A DNA stretch of 64,000 nucleotides from Eledone cirrhosa (Eukaryota). The notes under the pieces were generated by a model. That model was not told the DNA's origin, ran no database searches, and worked only from the letters and a program-made list of their open reading frames with translations. The DNA is taken from positions 8,370,001 through 8,434,000 of the forward strand of contig OZ024746.1 of NCBI GenBank assembly GCA_964016885.1, written 5' to 3'. Shown in pieces: positions 1-13,454 of this stretch (the first letter of the stretch is position 1; each line of letters begins with the position of its first letter). Position numbers and translations under genes: made by a program.

Positions 1-215
1 TTTTTTCGGGGGTGTGTGCGACCCCCCAAGGCGCCTCCTCTCTATTGAGGATTTTGTTATAAATTTTATTTTTTGTTATATCTTATTTTATTTTTATATT
101 GTTATTGCCTCCTCCTTATTGAGGACGCCTTTTTGTGTAAACTCCCCCCTTTGTACTTGTCCCACTTTTGATGCCCTAGTGGCAAATAAAAGAAACATAT
201 ATATCTATCTATCTA
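1..215 (+). mobile_element. 3' UTR and tail of a Tx1/L1-like LINE
   Basis: GCCCTAGTGGCAAATAAAAGAAA..(TATC)n matches the reverse complement of 17145-17200. Confidence 0.65.
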
Positions 216-220
216 TATTT

Positions 221-399
221 TGCAGTATCGGTAGAGAGTCGGGCACCATGCTTTGAAGCATAGAGTTACGTCCCTTTATGATCTGAGTTCAAATCCCGCC
301 GAGGTTAACTTTGCCTTTCATCCTTACGGGGTCGATAAAATATAGTACCAGTAATGTACTGGGTAATTGCTGGCCTTGTGCCTAAAATAGAAACAATTA
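221..399 (+). mobile_element. tRNA-derived SINE, family A
   Basis: B-box GAGTTCAAATCC followed by GCCGAGGTTAACTTTGCCTTTCATCC..GGGGTCGATAAAAT..GTACCAG; more than 10 copies in the window. Confidence 0.85.
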
Positions 400-408
400 T
401 ATATATAT

Positions 409-439
<31 letters not shown>

Positions 440-508
440 CTATACACATAGATACACACACACACACACATATATATGCATACACACACACATGCATATA
501 TATATATG

Positions 509-607
509 CAGGGTGTCCTCCAAAAATGTATACACACTTTGATTACCTGTACAGGCAATATTTATCAGAATGCTGTTGAAGTGTGTATACATTTTTTGGG
601 ACACCCC
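509..607. mobile_element. Tc1-like MITE; second copy at 25633-25715
   Basis: TIRs CAGGGTGTCC..AAAAATGTATACACACTT / AAGTGTGTATACATTTTTTGGGACACCC. Confidence 0.75.
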
Positions 608-626
608 CCCTCTCTCTCTCCCCCTC

Positions 627-711
<85 letters not shown>

Positions 712-872
712 TATGTATATAGTAATAATAATAAATTTGAAGACTAAAATCCAAAGAAGGCTCGATAAAGATAAATATATATCAAATATATAAGAACCGT
801 AGAGCAAATATTTATTAAAATAACAGATTAAAGTTTAAGCAAAGAATCGCTGCTTTCACCCTTAACAGGATC

Positions 873-935
<63 letters not shown>

Positions 936-1373
936 ATATATATATTAAGCAAAGAATCGCTGCTTTCACCCTTAACGGGATCTTCTGTATATATATATAT
1001 ATATAATATATGTTATCGTGTTTGACCTCTACTGAGGAACGATTCCAACCGTGACCAATCCCACTGAAAAGTTTCGTGAAATAGTCTTTTTAAGACTATA
1101 TAGAGCATTTGTAGTTTTTCCAAATTGAAGGATGAGTATTTAGACTTTATTTTATTCTGAGTTAAGACTCTATCTGAGTTAAGACTCTATTATTCTGAGT
1201 TAAGACTCTGTGGATAAAATCTTTGTCTTGATTTTTTTTTGAATTGAGTTTGAATTATTTTCCCACAGCTTACGTTAATTATTTTCCATTTTGACGTTAT
1301 AGTCACTTATATATTATAGAATACTGTTGGCTTCTTGCTCACATTAAAATCTCTATTTTCATTTATATATATA

Positions 1374-1560
<187 letters not shown>

Positions 1561-2011
1561 TATATATAGATATATATACATATATATATCATATCTATCT
1601 ATCTATTTATTCTCCTCTATCTCTCTATCCATTACTATCTATCTCTGTCTCCTTGTCTCTCTCTATAACATGCATATGTACATACGTAAACATAACAACA
1701 CACACACAGACGTACCCACACACACGTGCACACACACAGACGCACACGCACACAACATACGCACACACACACAGACGCACCCACACACACACAGACGCAC
1801 CCAGACACACGCGCACACACACAGAGGCACACACACAGACGCACACCCACCCACACACACAGACGCACACCCCCACAGACGCACACCCACACACACACAC
1901 TTAGACAGCCCCCCACACGTAATTTCTCCTTTTTCTTTTTCTTTCACACTTTTTCATCCATTCTCTCTCAACTTCTCTTTACCTTTCTCTCTTCTAGAGA
2001 TCCTCACTTTC

Positions 2012-2090
<79 letters not shown>

Positions 2091-2624
2091 CCTCTCTCTC
2101 TCTATCTCCCCCTCTCTCTCTATCTCCCCCTCTCTCTCTCTCACTCTCCCTCCCTCCTCTCCCCCTCTCTCTCTGTCTTCCACACTCTCCCTCTTACCTA
2201 TCATCTCTACCCTCTTCTAAGAAAGTTACGTGGCCAGGAGGTAGAAGGTGTCTCATTCCTGCAGTCGCCTCATCATTACAGTGAAACCTACCTCATTACT
2301 TTCATGTTCAACTATATACTATGTAGATATCTGAAACAGGTATCAATTTACTTGCGCAGATGGAACAGGCGAAATATAATTTTCCTCTTTCTTTCTTTCA
2401 ATTTAGTTATTATATCACGTGAGTGCAAGCCACAGGGCTGGTTTGTAGATGTGTATGTTGGTAGCCTGTCTAAGAAAAAAAAACTTTAGCTTTATCTATA
2501 CCAACTCACCCACAATCACATGCATCCAACCACCATCCTTCCCATTCAAACAGAGATATATATCAAGTACACATTGTATAATGATAGGTATATTGGGCAA
2601 CACACATTGGAAATATTGAATCAG

Positions 2625-2880
2625 CGAAGGAGCTTTTATGTGGTCGTTTGAGCTAACGATGTAAGCTCTACGTGGTCACTTGAGTTAGCGAAGTAAGCTC
2701 TACGCGGCCGCTTGAGCTAATGAAGTAAGCTCTCTGTGGTCGCTTGAGCTAATGAAGTAAGCTCTAGGCGGTCACTTGAGCTAACGAAGTAGGCTCTACA
2801 GGGTTGCTTGAGCTAACGATGTAGGCTCTACGCAGTCACTTGAATTAACGAAGTAGGCTTTTCGCGGTCACTTGAGCCAA
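2625..2880. repeat. 32-bp minisatellite, about 8 copies
   Basis: GTAAGCTCTACGTGGTCACTTGAGCTAACGAA-like units starting at 2661, 2693, 2725, 2757, 2789 and 2821. Confidence 0.9.
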
Positions 2881-3726
2881 TTGTGGATATTCTAGAAATA
2901 GCAGACATATTTCTAAATCTCCACCATACTGTTTCAGTCACTCAATCTGCTAGAAATAGCAACTGATTTTCCCTCAACAATCACTATCTAAAAATAAAAA
3001 AGAAGCGAACATATTATATACTGTCGCCTTAGAAAGCTTTTAAAAGACGCGATGGTTTCCACTGGAATGCTTTTGATTATACGTCTGCTCGGAAGGATGC
3101 AAAACAAACTCACAAAGTAAATAAATGAAACTAAATACATTTAGGCTTTTAATCCGAGATCCTTATCATTTCTACCACCAAATACCGTCTTTTCTATATA
3201 CACAAAAACAAACATATTAAAAATAATTTTATTTACCACCCCACTTTATGAGATACACAATTTTCTTTATTCGAAATCCTTGGTGTACTGTTATCATCAA
3301 ATAGCTCGGAGCGAGACGTAACCTAACTTTAAGTAAAAGTGCATCTGAAAATAGCCGAAAGTTTCCTTTTATTGAAACCTTATTTCCTCTGTCTTTACAT
3401 TGAAAGTTTATTTTCTCTGTTTTGTCATCTTGTAAGAAAGTTAGGTACGTATGTTGCCATGGGGAAGAAGGTATCTCATTTCTAGAGTCGTCTGTTTGTT
3501 ACTGTGAACCCATACCTGATGTTAAAGTATATAGTATGTAGATATTTGAAACCACCTCAAGTATTTTTTCAATTTCCCTACTCCAAATGTCATAAGTTGT
3601 GATTCTGCAATTTTCCTGAAGATATGGAACACGCTTAGAAGCCTAAGCCTTATATCTCCAAACAATACACATAACACTTGTTTTCACTCCAGAATTGTTT
3701 TCTAGATTCTCTCTCTATCATTTATT

Positions 3727-3999
3727 GTGAAGGCGCACGGCTTAGTTGGTGAAGGTGCATGGCTTAGGGGTTAGAGCATTGGGCTTGCAATCGAAAGGTT
3801 GTGAGTTCAATTCTCGGACCGGCTGATGTGTTGTTTCCTTGAGCCAGTGACTTTATTTCACGTCGCTCCAGTTTACTCAGCTGTAGAAATGAGATGATAG
3901 GACTGGGGTTCCTATCATTAAATCACCCAAGACACCTCCAACGAGATATACCTTGGAGGAGGCCAGCTAAACCTGCATAGGTGTGAGCTGTCACACACA
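3727..3999 (+). mobile_element. tRNA-derived SINE, family B (CORE-like central domain)
   Basis: A-box-like TGGCTTAGGGG, B-box GAGTTCAATTC, CCTTGAGC..ACTTTATTTCAC; shared with 10736, 16638, 26123 and 44166. Confidence 0.85.
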
Positions 4000-5481
4000 T
4001 TTATTGTTTCCCACGCTTTTCTTTTAAACAATTTCTTTACCTCTTATTGTCTTCGCCTCACATTTCTTCTGTCACCCCCTCCCCCGTATACAACCACACA
4101 CATACTTTCCATTATCTCCCTTTCCAACTTTCTCTAAAACCGGGAACTAAACTAAAAAGTAAAAACACAAATTTAGGCATTGAAACTAACTTCATTCAAC
4201 TAATTTACCCATATGGTTTAGGCTTTAGATTAAATATATTCTGAGAACAAATGGTATGATAAAAAGACCGCTAATTGACCGAGGTATTGAGAAAACTGTT
4301 GAAACATTCTTTTACTACTTACCATGAGAAATGGCCAAAGAAGTGGAACTTATCTTGACTTCTAAAATATTAAAAGACTAAGATTCAATGCTGAATGTTC
4401 GCCTGAAGAACCGACATAGTAAGAACTCAGCAATAAGTTGAAATAGGGAGTTGTGATGTTCATACTTTTCTGAAAACCTCTAATATTGTAAGTTAAAAGG
4501 TTCCAAATAAAAACCAGATCGGGTCACAGTCTTTTCGTTAAGAAATTATCATCGGCTTCTAATTGATTTATTTACAGTAAAATATTAACTTGTCATCATG
4601 ATAAACCTTACTACAAATACTTTCCTTAGAAGCAGACGACATATATAAGAATTTTATTGGAAAATGCCAACTCAGAATATTTCAGTTCAAATACTTTAAA
4701 TAGGTTCAGTCAATAGCCATCAATATTCTCTTCCTCTCTTTAGCTAAGTGTTGAATATATAAAACTTTTGTTATTTTCCCAATAAAAAGTAAAACATTGC
4801 AAAAATAAAAAAAAAAGAAATCACGCACAAACACATAAAGATGGTCAATGGATCGGGTTGCAACTTAATGTTTCCAAATAAGGACGCCAGTCTCTCAGAA
4901 CAATTATCAAGAGATAAAGAATGTTTATCTATACGATGGATTTTTTTTTTTATTAGAACTATTTTAGTCCCAACAACACAGATATGTAAAATGCACTTTT
5001 ATCTGTTATTACAAATGAGAGGTTAAAAAACACCAAGTCACGCTTTAGAAAGTCGAAAGCGTTTCAACTGAATTCATATGCTTATGATGATTTTGGTTTT
5101 TGTTCTGAATAAATTCAGCTCCTTCAGCGATAAAATAAAATGTGTACTTATATAAGTATGTACATATTTATAGGTATAGGTGTGCCTAGAAACAAAAATA
5201 AAGCGATGCAGAGGATTAAAATAGTACTTTGTTGACACTGATGTAGATATTAGACATAGTTAGATAGTTAACGATATCTAGTTATCTAGATATCAAGTTC
5301 AGTCTGTTAAGTGTAGTAATTCAATCGTTTCACTTGTTAACAATGACAATTGGACACATTCCATTTGGGAATACTAAACATCTGCGTATGAATTGTAACA
5401 GTTATAGAACTTGATAGAGAAACTAGCAGATATTGAATTATTAATATGGTAGATAAAACAAACTACACTTCAGCTGACAAA

Positions 5482-5850
5482 TCTCTATATATAAAGTTGT
5501 AGTTCCTGTTTGTTTGTTTGTTCACAAACTCCTCCTATGGTTTTGGAGATAGACCCCCATAACCACAAATATTCTGAAACTACATTGCCCAGGGTACTTG
5601 GATAGGTATATTTCATTTTAATCAAAGTGTTCCCTGGGGGCACAAACCCCCGCTGAAAATGTTTTCCCTTCGATTTATATGAAATTTAAACCATAGGTAA
5701 ATGCCAAGATATGATGCAAATTTCAATAATATTAAGACACCCTAATGGAGTTTTTCTCCATAAATTATATCACTGATTTAAAATCAATCATCATTTTCTT
5801 ACAAAAAAAAAAAAAAAAAATGTCTGAAACGCAGCAAGGCGCGGGTAATT

Positions 5851-5852
<2 letters not shown>
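5482..5852 (+). mobile_element. Non-autonomous Helitron-like element
   Basis: A|TCTCTATATATAAAG 5' end, (GTTT)n, and a GC-rich 3' motif CGCAGCAAGGCGCGGGTAATT. The terminal CTAG is not seen; the element runs into (TA)n. Confidence 0.55.
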
Positions 5853-5886
<34 letters not shown>

Positions 5887-5888
<2 letters not shown>

Positions 5889-6085
5889 AAAAAGTATGAC
5901 CCCGACGGCAGAGCTCAAGCCGTTTCGACGGCTATTTCTGGACTAAAAAAAAAAAATAGCCGTCGAAACGGCTTGAGCTCTGCCGTCGGGGTCATACTTT
6001 TTCCTATTTTCCACTCTATTACCCTAAATATTGAGTACTCTGGTGCGTTAAGGTCCATCTGGTTCCTTACCACATTTCCTTTGTT
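5887..6085 (+). mobile_element. (TA)n-embedded palindromic element carrying the 3' half of a hammerhead (copy 1)
   Basis: About 53-bp perfect arms around ctggact(A)n; GAAACGGC-ttgagctct-GCCGTC at 5965-5987; TA tracts on both sides; homologous to 10074-10267. Confidence 0.7.
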
Positions 6086-6480
6086 ATATATATATATATA
6101 TATATTTACTATATATATATATATGCATATATAGACAGAAACGGAATACTTTTAGCATACAGCAATGATATAAAATTGTATTAAAAGTAATGCAAAACTG
6201 CTTTGTGATAAGTGGTGATATGATATCAGCACTAATCTTTCCCTGAATATACCTCAGAGTAGGATGTCAGTTTTCATAAGCCGAAATTCAATAATTTCTG
6301 TCCTCATTGACTACTTATAACAAAAATTGTATATCTTTACATCATATATTCCCCATTGTTATAAACACTAACGCTATTTGCAAAACGTCGCTATTTGCGT
6401 AAATCATGATAAACGAAATATTACAATATTACAAACATCTAGACAGAATCTGAAGTCACTTGCTCTATACGTCTGTGTGT

Positions 6481-6512
<32 letters not shown>

Positions 6513-6518
6513 ATGGGG

Positions 6519-6563
<45 letters not shown>

Positions 6564-6834
6564 GTGTGAGTGTGTGTGTGTATGTATGGGGGCTGTGTGT
6601 GTGTATGGGGGCTGTGTGTGAGTGTGAGTGTGTGTGTGAGAGTGTGTGTGTGTATTATGGGGGTTGTGTGTATGTATGGGGGTTTTGTGTGTGTGTGTGT
6701 ATGGGGGTTGTGTGTGAGTGTGTATGGGGGTTGTGTGCGTGTGTGTATGGGGTTGTGTGTGTGTATGGGGGTTGTGTTTGTGTGTATGGGGGCTGTGTGT
6801 GCGTGTGTGTGGGGCTGTGTGTGTGTATAGGGGC

Positions 6835-6866
<32 letters not shown>

Positions 6867-7241
6867 TGCGTGTGTATGTGTGTGTTCCATTTTATTTATT
6901 AGAAGACATTGTACTGTCGCCCTAACTGCAGGATTAGCAGCCATTTTGTCAGTGATACACATAGACAAACAGATATTGTTACACAGAGATATTGATAGAA
7001 AACATAAACAGATTTTAAAACATGCCGAATACCATTAGCATTGATCCAATGTCAACTTTATTTCATCCTGTCGTCCTGTCCTTTGTACGTACATAATTGT
7101 ATAGCAAGTATATTGAATAGGAGAGACGTCCATTTTCTAACTAAGAAATGGGTTTTATCGAATGTCACCAGAATAGAGGAACAATCGGATTAGCTGTGGA
7201 AAACGGGAATTGCCTTTCTTTAATGTATACTCGTCTGTCTC

Positions 7242-7348
<107 letters not shown>

Positions 7349-9356
7349 CACACACTACAAACACTCAGTCACACACACAGACATACAGACACAGACACCC
7401 ACACCCACACCCAGACACACACACACTCACACGCACAGAGAGGCACAGGCAGAGACACACTCACTCACACAGACACTCACACAGACACACACTCACAGAC
7501 ACACTCACAGACTCACATGCACACACACACACACACAGACGCATTCACTCACTCACACAGACACTCACACAGACACACACTCACAGACACACTCACAGAC
7601 TCACACACAGACTCACATACACACACACACACAGACGCACTCACACAGACACTCACACAGACACTCACACAGACACACACTCATAGACACACAGACTCAC
7701 ATACCCATAGTTTAACTTTCTGCGCTGTTGCACAAGGACATATTTACTATAACGAATAGTATTGCGTGTCTCGCTGATATAAGAATAGTATTATTTGTGA
7801 TATATGATTATAGTTGTTCAGCCAGCTTATGTAAAATGGATAGACAGTTGCAATGTTGAACGTATTTCTGACTGCACAATACTACAAAACTTCCAACTCC
7901 ACACTGTATATTTTATTTATTGCTTCTCTAGTTGACTGAGCAAATAAAAGTTCTGATATTGAAAGCTTAAAGTTGGATTCAAGTTTTAAACTGAAAATTG
8001 TTTCGGAAGATTAAATGATTTCTAAAATAATTTTATGTAATAATTTGGTACAATAATTGTACAGAAGATATAAAGAATAATATTTTATGTATTTCAGCAG
8101 TGAATGGGAAACCATAGGTCTTGTTAAAATAGCTTCACAACAATATATATGTTTACTATTTCATGTCAAGCTTTCTAAAATATTGAGGATCCCCGAGTCA
8201 AAAAGAGAGTCACAATATATTTACTCGATATATTAGAAATAGCAGTCAAATCTGGATTATATATTTCTAGATACACTGTGCCTGCAAATTCAAAGATGGC
8301 GGTATAGTCACAGATTATAAGCGTTTCATCACACGTATACTCGATCAAAGCTGACTGGAGTTAAATAACACCACCACCACCACCACCCTCACCACCATTA
8401 CATTCACCACCACAACCACCACCAGCACCAGCACCACCACCAGCACCTTCACCACCACCACCACCACCACCACCACCACCACCACCACCACCACCACCAC
8501 CACCACCACCACCACTACCACAACCACCACCACCACCACCACCACAACCACCACCAGCACCAGCACCACCACCAGCACCTTCACCACCACCACCACCACC
8601 ACCACCACCACCACCACCACCACCACCACTACCACAACAACCACCACCACCACCACCACAACCACCACCAGCACCAGCACCACCACCAGCACCTTCACCA
8701 CCACCACCACCACAACCACAACCACCACCACCAGCACCACCATCACCTGCTCCAGCATCTCCAGCATCACCCACAACACCACCACCAACAACAATAACAA
8801 TAAAACCACCACCAGCAACATCAATAACAATAACAACAATAACAAACAATAACTATAACCTTGTGGCCACTTCCTGGTAATATAGACTTGGCCATGAACA
8901 CTTTAATCAAAAGACAATCACCTCCAGAATTTATATCATTTAAATGGCAGAAAATTGGCTCCATTCTAGCAAACAAAAATCCAGTCTTTTGTTTTCATTC
9001 AGTAAAATTCTTATCTATGGTAAAACTCTTCAAGTAACAAATCTCACCAGAAGAAAATTATTGGAGCGCTGAATTTCTTTGATGACCCCCCCCCCCCCCC
9101 CCCCCCGCCTCCCAAAAAACAACAACAAAAAAAACAAATAAAAATACATTAAAAAAAAAAAAAAATAAACAAAAAGCAAGAATAAAAAAAAGGAAAAAAA
9201 GAGAGAGACTCCACCTCGGGCGATTTCTATTTATGGCAGTATAAGTAATTCACGTCTTTTTCTCTTTATCTCTCTTTATCTCTTTAATAACATATATTTT
9301 AAGCTTCAATATCGTCTGTATTTCTACGAGCATACATCTATACCTGCCAAAGAAAA

Positions 9357-9448
<92 letters not shown>

Positions 9449-9487
9449 TAATTCCAAATATTAACAAAATAGATATTCTTGTGATCA

Positions 9488-9562
9488 ATTATATTTTATT
9501 ATACATATTTCAGAGGTACTGAATTAAGTTCAACAGTACATCCTCATCAGATAAAATAAAAT
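9488..9562 (-). ncRNA. Inverted copy of the 9796-9870 hammerhead motif
   Basis: Reverse complement of 9796-9870 with one substitution in helix II; TCATCAG at 9544-9550. Confidence 0.85.
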
Positions 9563-9795
9563 GATACATGACATACCCTGACATGTTAGATGGTTAAGAT
9601 TTAATCAAGGTAGTGATTAACTTATGAGAAAACTCAATATTTATACCCTAATATTGAGAACATGAGAAAACGTAATACAATCAATAGAGAGAGTGTGAGT
9701 AATATATTAGGGTATAAATATTGAGTTTTCTCATAAGTTAATCACTACCTTGATTAAATCTTAACTATTTACCATGTCAGGGTATGTCATGTATC

Positions 9796-9870
9796 ATTTT
9801 ATTTTATCTGATGAGGACGTACTGTTGAACTTAATTCAGTACCTCTGAAATATGTATAATAAAATATAAT
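9796..9870 (+). ncRNA. Type I minimal hammerhead ribozyme motif (Penelope-like element type)
   Basis: Helix I ATTTTATTTTAT(9796-9807)/ATAAAATATAAT(9859-9870); CTGATGA 9808-9814; helix II GGACGTACTG/CAGTACCTCT (one mismatch); GAAA 9847-9850; self-complementary helix III ATATGTAT; AUA cleavage triplet ending at 9858. Confidence 0.85.
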
Positions 9871-10003
9871 TGATCACAAGAATATCTATTTTGTTAATAT
9901 TTGAATTAATATCAATAACTCTGGAAAATATTTTTCACTGTAGAGTGCTTCCAATCTATTGTAAAAGTCATTCTTTGATGTACTCATTGAATCTTGTTTT
10001 ACT

Positions 10004-10073
<70 letters not shown>

Positions 10074-10265
10074 GGAAAAAGTATGACCCCGACGGCAGAG
10101 CTCAAGTCGTTTAGACGGCTATTTCTGGAGTCCAGAAATAGCCGCCGAAACGGCTTGAGCTCTGCCGTCGGGGTCATACTTTTTCCTATTTCCCATTCTA
10201 CTACCCTAAGTATTGAGTACTCTGGTGCGTTATGGTCCATCTGGTTCCTTACCACAACTCCTTCG

Positions 10266-10267
<2 letters not shown>
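10074..10267 (+). mobile_element. (TA)n-embedded palindromic element carrying the 3' half of a hammerhead (copy 2)
   Basis: Palindrome centred on 10130 (arms about 59 bp with 3 mismatches), followed by the same approx. 78-bp tail as copy 1; TA tracts on both sides. Confidence 0.7.
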
Positions 10268-10329
<62 letters not shown>

Positions 10330-10334
10330 ATATA

Positions 10335-10615
10335 TCATCTTCATCTTCTTGTTCTTCAGCCACTTATTCCTAGGAGGGGAGGGGGGGGGGGGAGAGACAC
10401 ACACACACACACACACAGAAACCTCAAGCACACCTTCCAGTGGGTCCTGTCAAAAGCAACCACTTCCAATTGATCCGGCTGGATCCCCAATGGAGGTTAG
10501 CCAAGCTCATGGATGTTATGCAAACATCTTGCTCGGGTTCTACTCCTCTGATTCCAGTCGGTTGGTTTTTGCCCGTAAAATCTGTCCCTCAATCTTTCCT
10601 CAGACATTCTCACCT
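10335..10615 (-). mobile_element. RTE-like LINE 3' remnant
   Basis: Minus-strand RMSEERLR..RSRTRAR..LGIQPDQLEVVAFDRTHW; (GAA)-like tail; interrupted by (CA)n and a G run. Confidence 0.55.
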
Positions 10616-10735
10616 GTAATATAAACCTTACTAAATAACTGGGCACTTTTCAAATCTAGTCCAGGAGAAATGAAAAGCAAAATTGACTCTGACTGGATTT
10701 GAACTTGGAATTTAATGAGACCCAACTAAACATTG

Positions 10736-11043
10736 TGAAGGCGCATGGGTTAGTGGTTAAAGCAAGGCACATGGCTTAGAGGTTAGAGCATTGGGCTTGC
10801 AATCGAAAGGTTGTGAGTTCAATTCTCGGACCCGGTGATGTGTTGTTTCCTTGAGCAAGACACTTTATTTCACGTTGCTTCAGTTTACTCAGCTGTAGAA
10901 ATTGAGATGATAGGACTGGGGTCCCTATCATTAAATTACCCAAGACACCTCCAATGAGATATACCTTGGAGGAGGCCAGCTAAACCTGCATAGGTGTGAG
11001 CTGTCACACACACACACATAGGTGTGAGCTATCACAACAACAA
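10736..11043 (+). mobile_element. SINE family B with TSD
   Basis: CAACTAAACATTG is duplicated on both sides; the head and tail are also duplicated. Confidence 0.9.
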
Positions 11044-11331
11044 CAACTAAACATTGAAAGTCTTGGAAGCGTCAAAGCTTTTGTTTTCATTTTTAGAACT
11101 GTTCTTACCAAACCATTAGAACGACTGTTTCATTGGCTGATGTCGGTCTCTAATGCATAGAACACCTTTTATTGTCATGGTGATTTCAGTAATTAGACTC
11201 TGGCCATGCTGGAGTACCGTCTTGATTTAGACAATCATATCGACCTGAGTACTTTTTTTTTTCAAGTTTGATAATTATTTTATCAATCAATCTTTTTTGT
11301 TTGTTGTTGAGTTAAGTTACGGCACATAAGT

Positions 11332-11413
<82 letters not shown>

Positions 11414-12689
11414 GACGGGCTTCTGCAATTTCCGTCTATCAAATTCCACTCCCAAGGTATTGGTCAACTGGAGGCTATAGTAGGAGACACAGTGGGACTA
11501 AACCTAGAACCACGTGCTTGTGAAATGATCTCCTTAACCACCCTGTCATGTCTCTACATATCTACATTGATTAAGTTTGAGATAATTGTTCAGTTAGAAC
11601 GTTAAACATCTCTGTAGGATAGTCTCAGTGAATGGAAGAAACTAAATGAGCAGAACGTAGATTTTAAGGCTCTCAACAAGATAAATGGACGTCAGATTTT
11701 AAGGATAAAGAATATCAAAGGTTAAAATTATATTGGATTCCAAGTGTTGTTTCAAGAGGTCCGTCCTTCGTTAACGAATAGATGATGCAGGATAATTTCA
11801 CATACACATACATACACAGACACAGGCACACACACATACACACATACACACACACACAGACACACACATACACAAGCATACACACAGACCTCACACACAT
11901 ACAGACACACATAAACACACACACTCACACACAGACCTCACACAGACACACACATACAGACCTCACAAACATACAGACACATATAAACACACACACTCAC
12001 ACACATACACACAGATCTCACACACAGACCTCACACACACACACACATACCTCACAAACATACAGACACACATAAACACACACACTCACACACATACACA
12101 CAGATCTCACACACACACACAGACCTCACACACATACAGACACGCATAAACACACACACTCACACACAGACCTCACAAACATACAGACACACGTAAACAC
12201 ACACACTCACACACACATACACACAGACCTCACACACACAGACACACAGACCTCACACACATACAGACACACATAAACACACACACTCACACACAGACCT
12301 CATACACACACACACAGATCTCACACACATACAGACATACATAAACACACACACTCACAAACACACACACGTAAATAACGAAGTATAAAAGGAAACCAGA
12401 TTTCTAAAGAACATTAGATTCGCTGGAGTTTACAAGTACCTGGAAAATGTACGGCGATAGTTGAATAAATGAGATATTTCACTGATTTAGGAACGAAAAG
12501 GTAGATATGAAGATGTTAGTATTTCTGGTTCTTGTGCCAAATTATTTCGAAGACTTTCAGCTGTCGAATATTAGAATCTTATTTCAAAAATAGATGAGTT
12601 CTTATTATTAACAACTTCCATACGAGCAATAAAAGCAAAACAATACCACCACCACTACCACCACCACCACCACCACCACCACCACCACC

Positions 12690-12721
<32 letters not shown>

Positions 12722-12949
12722 AGAAAAGAAACAGTTACTGCAACAAAAACAATAATATTGAAATAATTTCCATTCTTCTCTCGATGTTGTATTAATGATA
12801 TTTTAGTAATGGTTGTTTCTTTGAAACAAAGAATTAAAACCGAACTCTATCTGTAACAACAACACATTTCTGTGTTCCAGCTTCTCCAAATATTCTCACT
12901 TGTCTGATGTTCTTTACACAATAAAACATCAACTTGTGACTTCCAACCA

Positions 12950-13180
12950 TTAACCCTTTACCATTTACTTTACACTCTATATATACTATTGTATTGTCAT
13001 GGTAAAGGCTTTATTTCACATAATTATCTCACATAATATCAAATCAACGATATTTTGATATTATTTATTTTGAGAACAATACCTTAACATAAGTGTGAGC
13101 AGCTGGTTATGGCCAGTTTGAACAGAAAGAGGTGAGAAGATTCTGGCCGGATACGGCTGGTTTAAATACTAAAGGGTTAA
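12950..13180. mobile_element. TTAA-flanked piggyBac-like MITE
   Basis: TTAA-CCCTTTACCATTTA ... TAAATACTAAAGGG-TTAA. Confidence 0.7.
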
Positions 13181-13317
13181 CATCATTCAAATGTTTCGGC
13201 ATTCTGCGTTGCCCTTGTTTATTCTTGTGAAAAACATTAAGGCGTGGGTTTGTTGATTCTCATTGCAAGGAGCCTGCTTAGTTGTTCATATAAATTTAAG
13301 GTTCATATAAATTTAAG

Positions 13318-13454
13318 GAGTTACGGGCCTTTACGATCTGAGTTCAAATCCCGCCGAGGTTAACTTTGCCTTTCATCCTTACGGGGTCGATAAAATAAAG
13401 TACCAGTAATGCACTGAGGTATTTGCTGGCCTTGTGCCAAAAGTAGAAACAATT
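13318..13454 (+). mobile_element. SINE family A, 5'-truncated
   Basis: Near-identical to 258-399. Confidence 0.85.

Larger units (their letters stand above)
9447..10005 (+). mobile_element. Penelope-like element terminal remnant with 5' inversion, inserted in (TA)n
   Basis: About 207-bp inverted arms at 9447-9654 and 9704-9910, each with a hammerhead. The right copy extends to (TA)n at 10006; (TA)n also lies on the left. Confidence 0.7.

Noticed and set aside
836-990. Duplicated ~45-bp fragment between TA tracts reading CAGAAGA-stem-GAAA on the minus strand
   Set aside because: The core is mutated and helix I/III cannot be formed. It may be a PLE remnant but is not callable.
3755-3822. SINE heads as functional tRNA genes
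   Set aside because: A/B boxes are present but no complete cloverleaf is evident, and they are followed by SINE bodies, some with TSDs.
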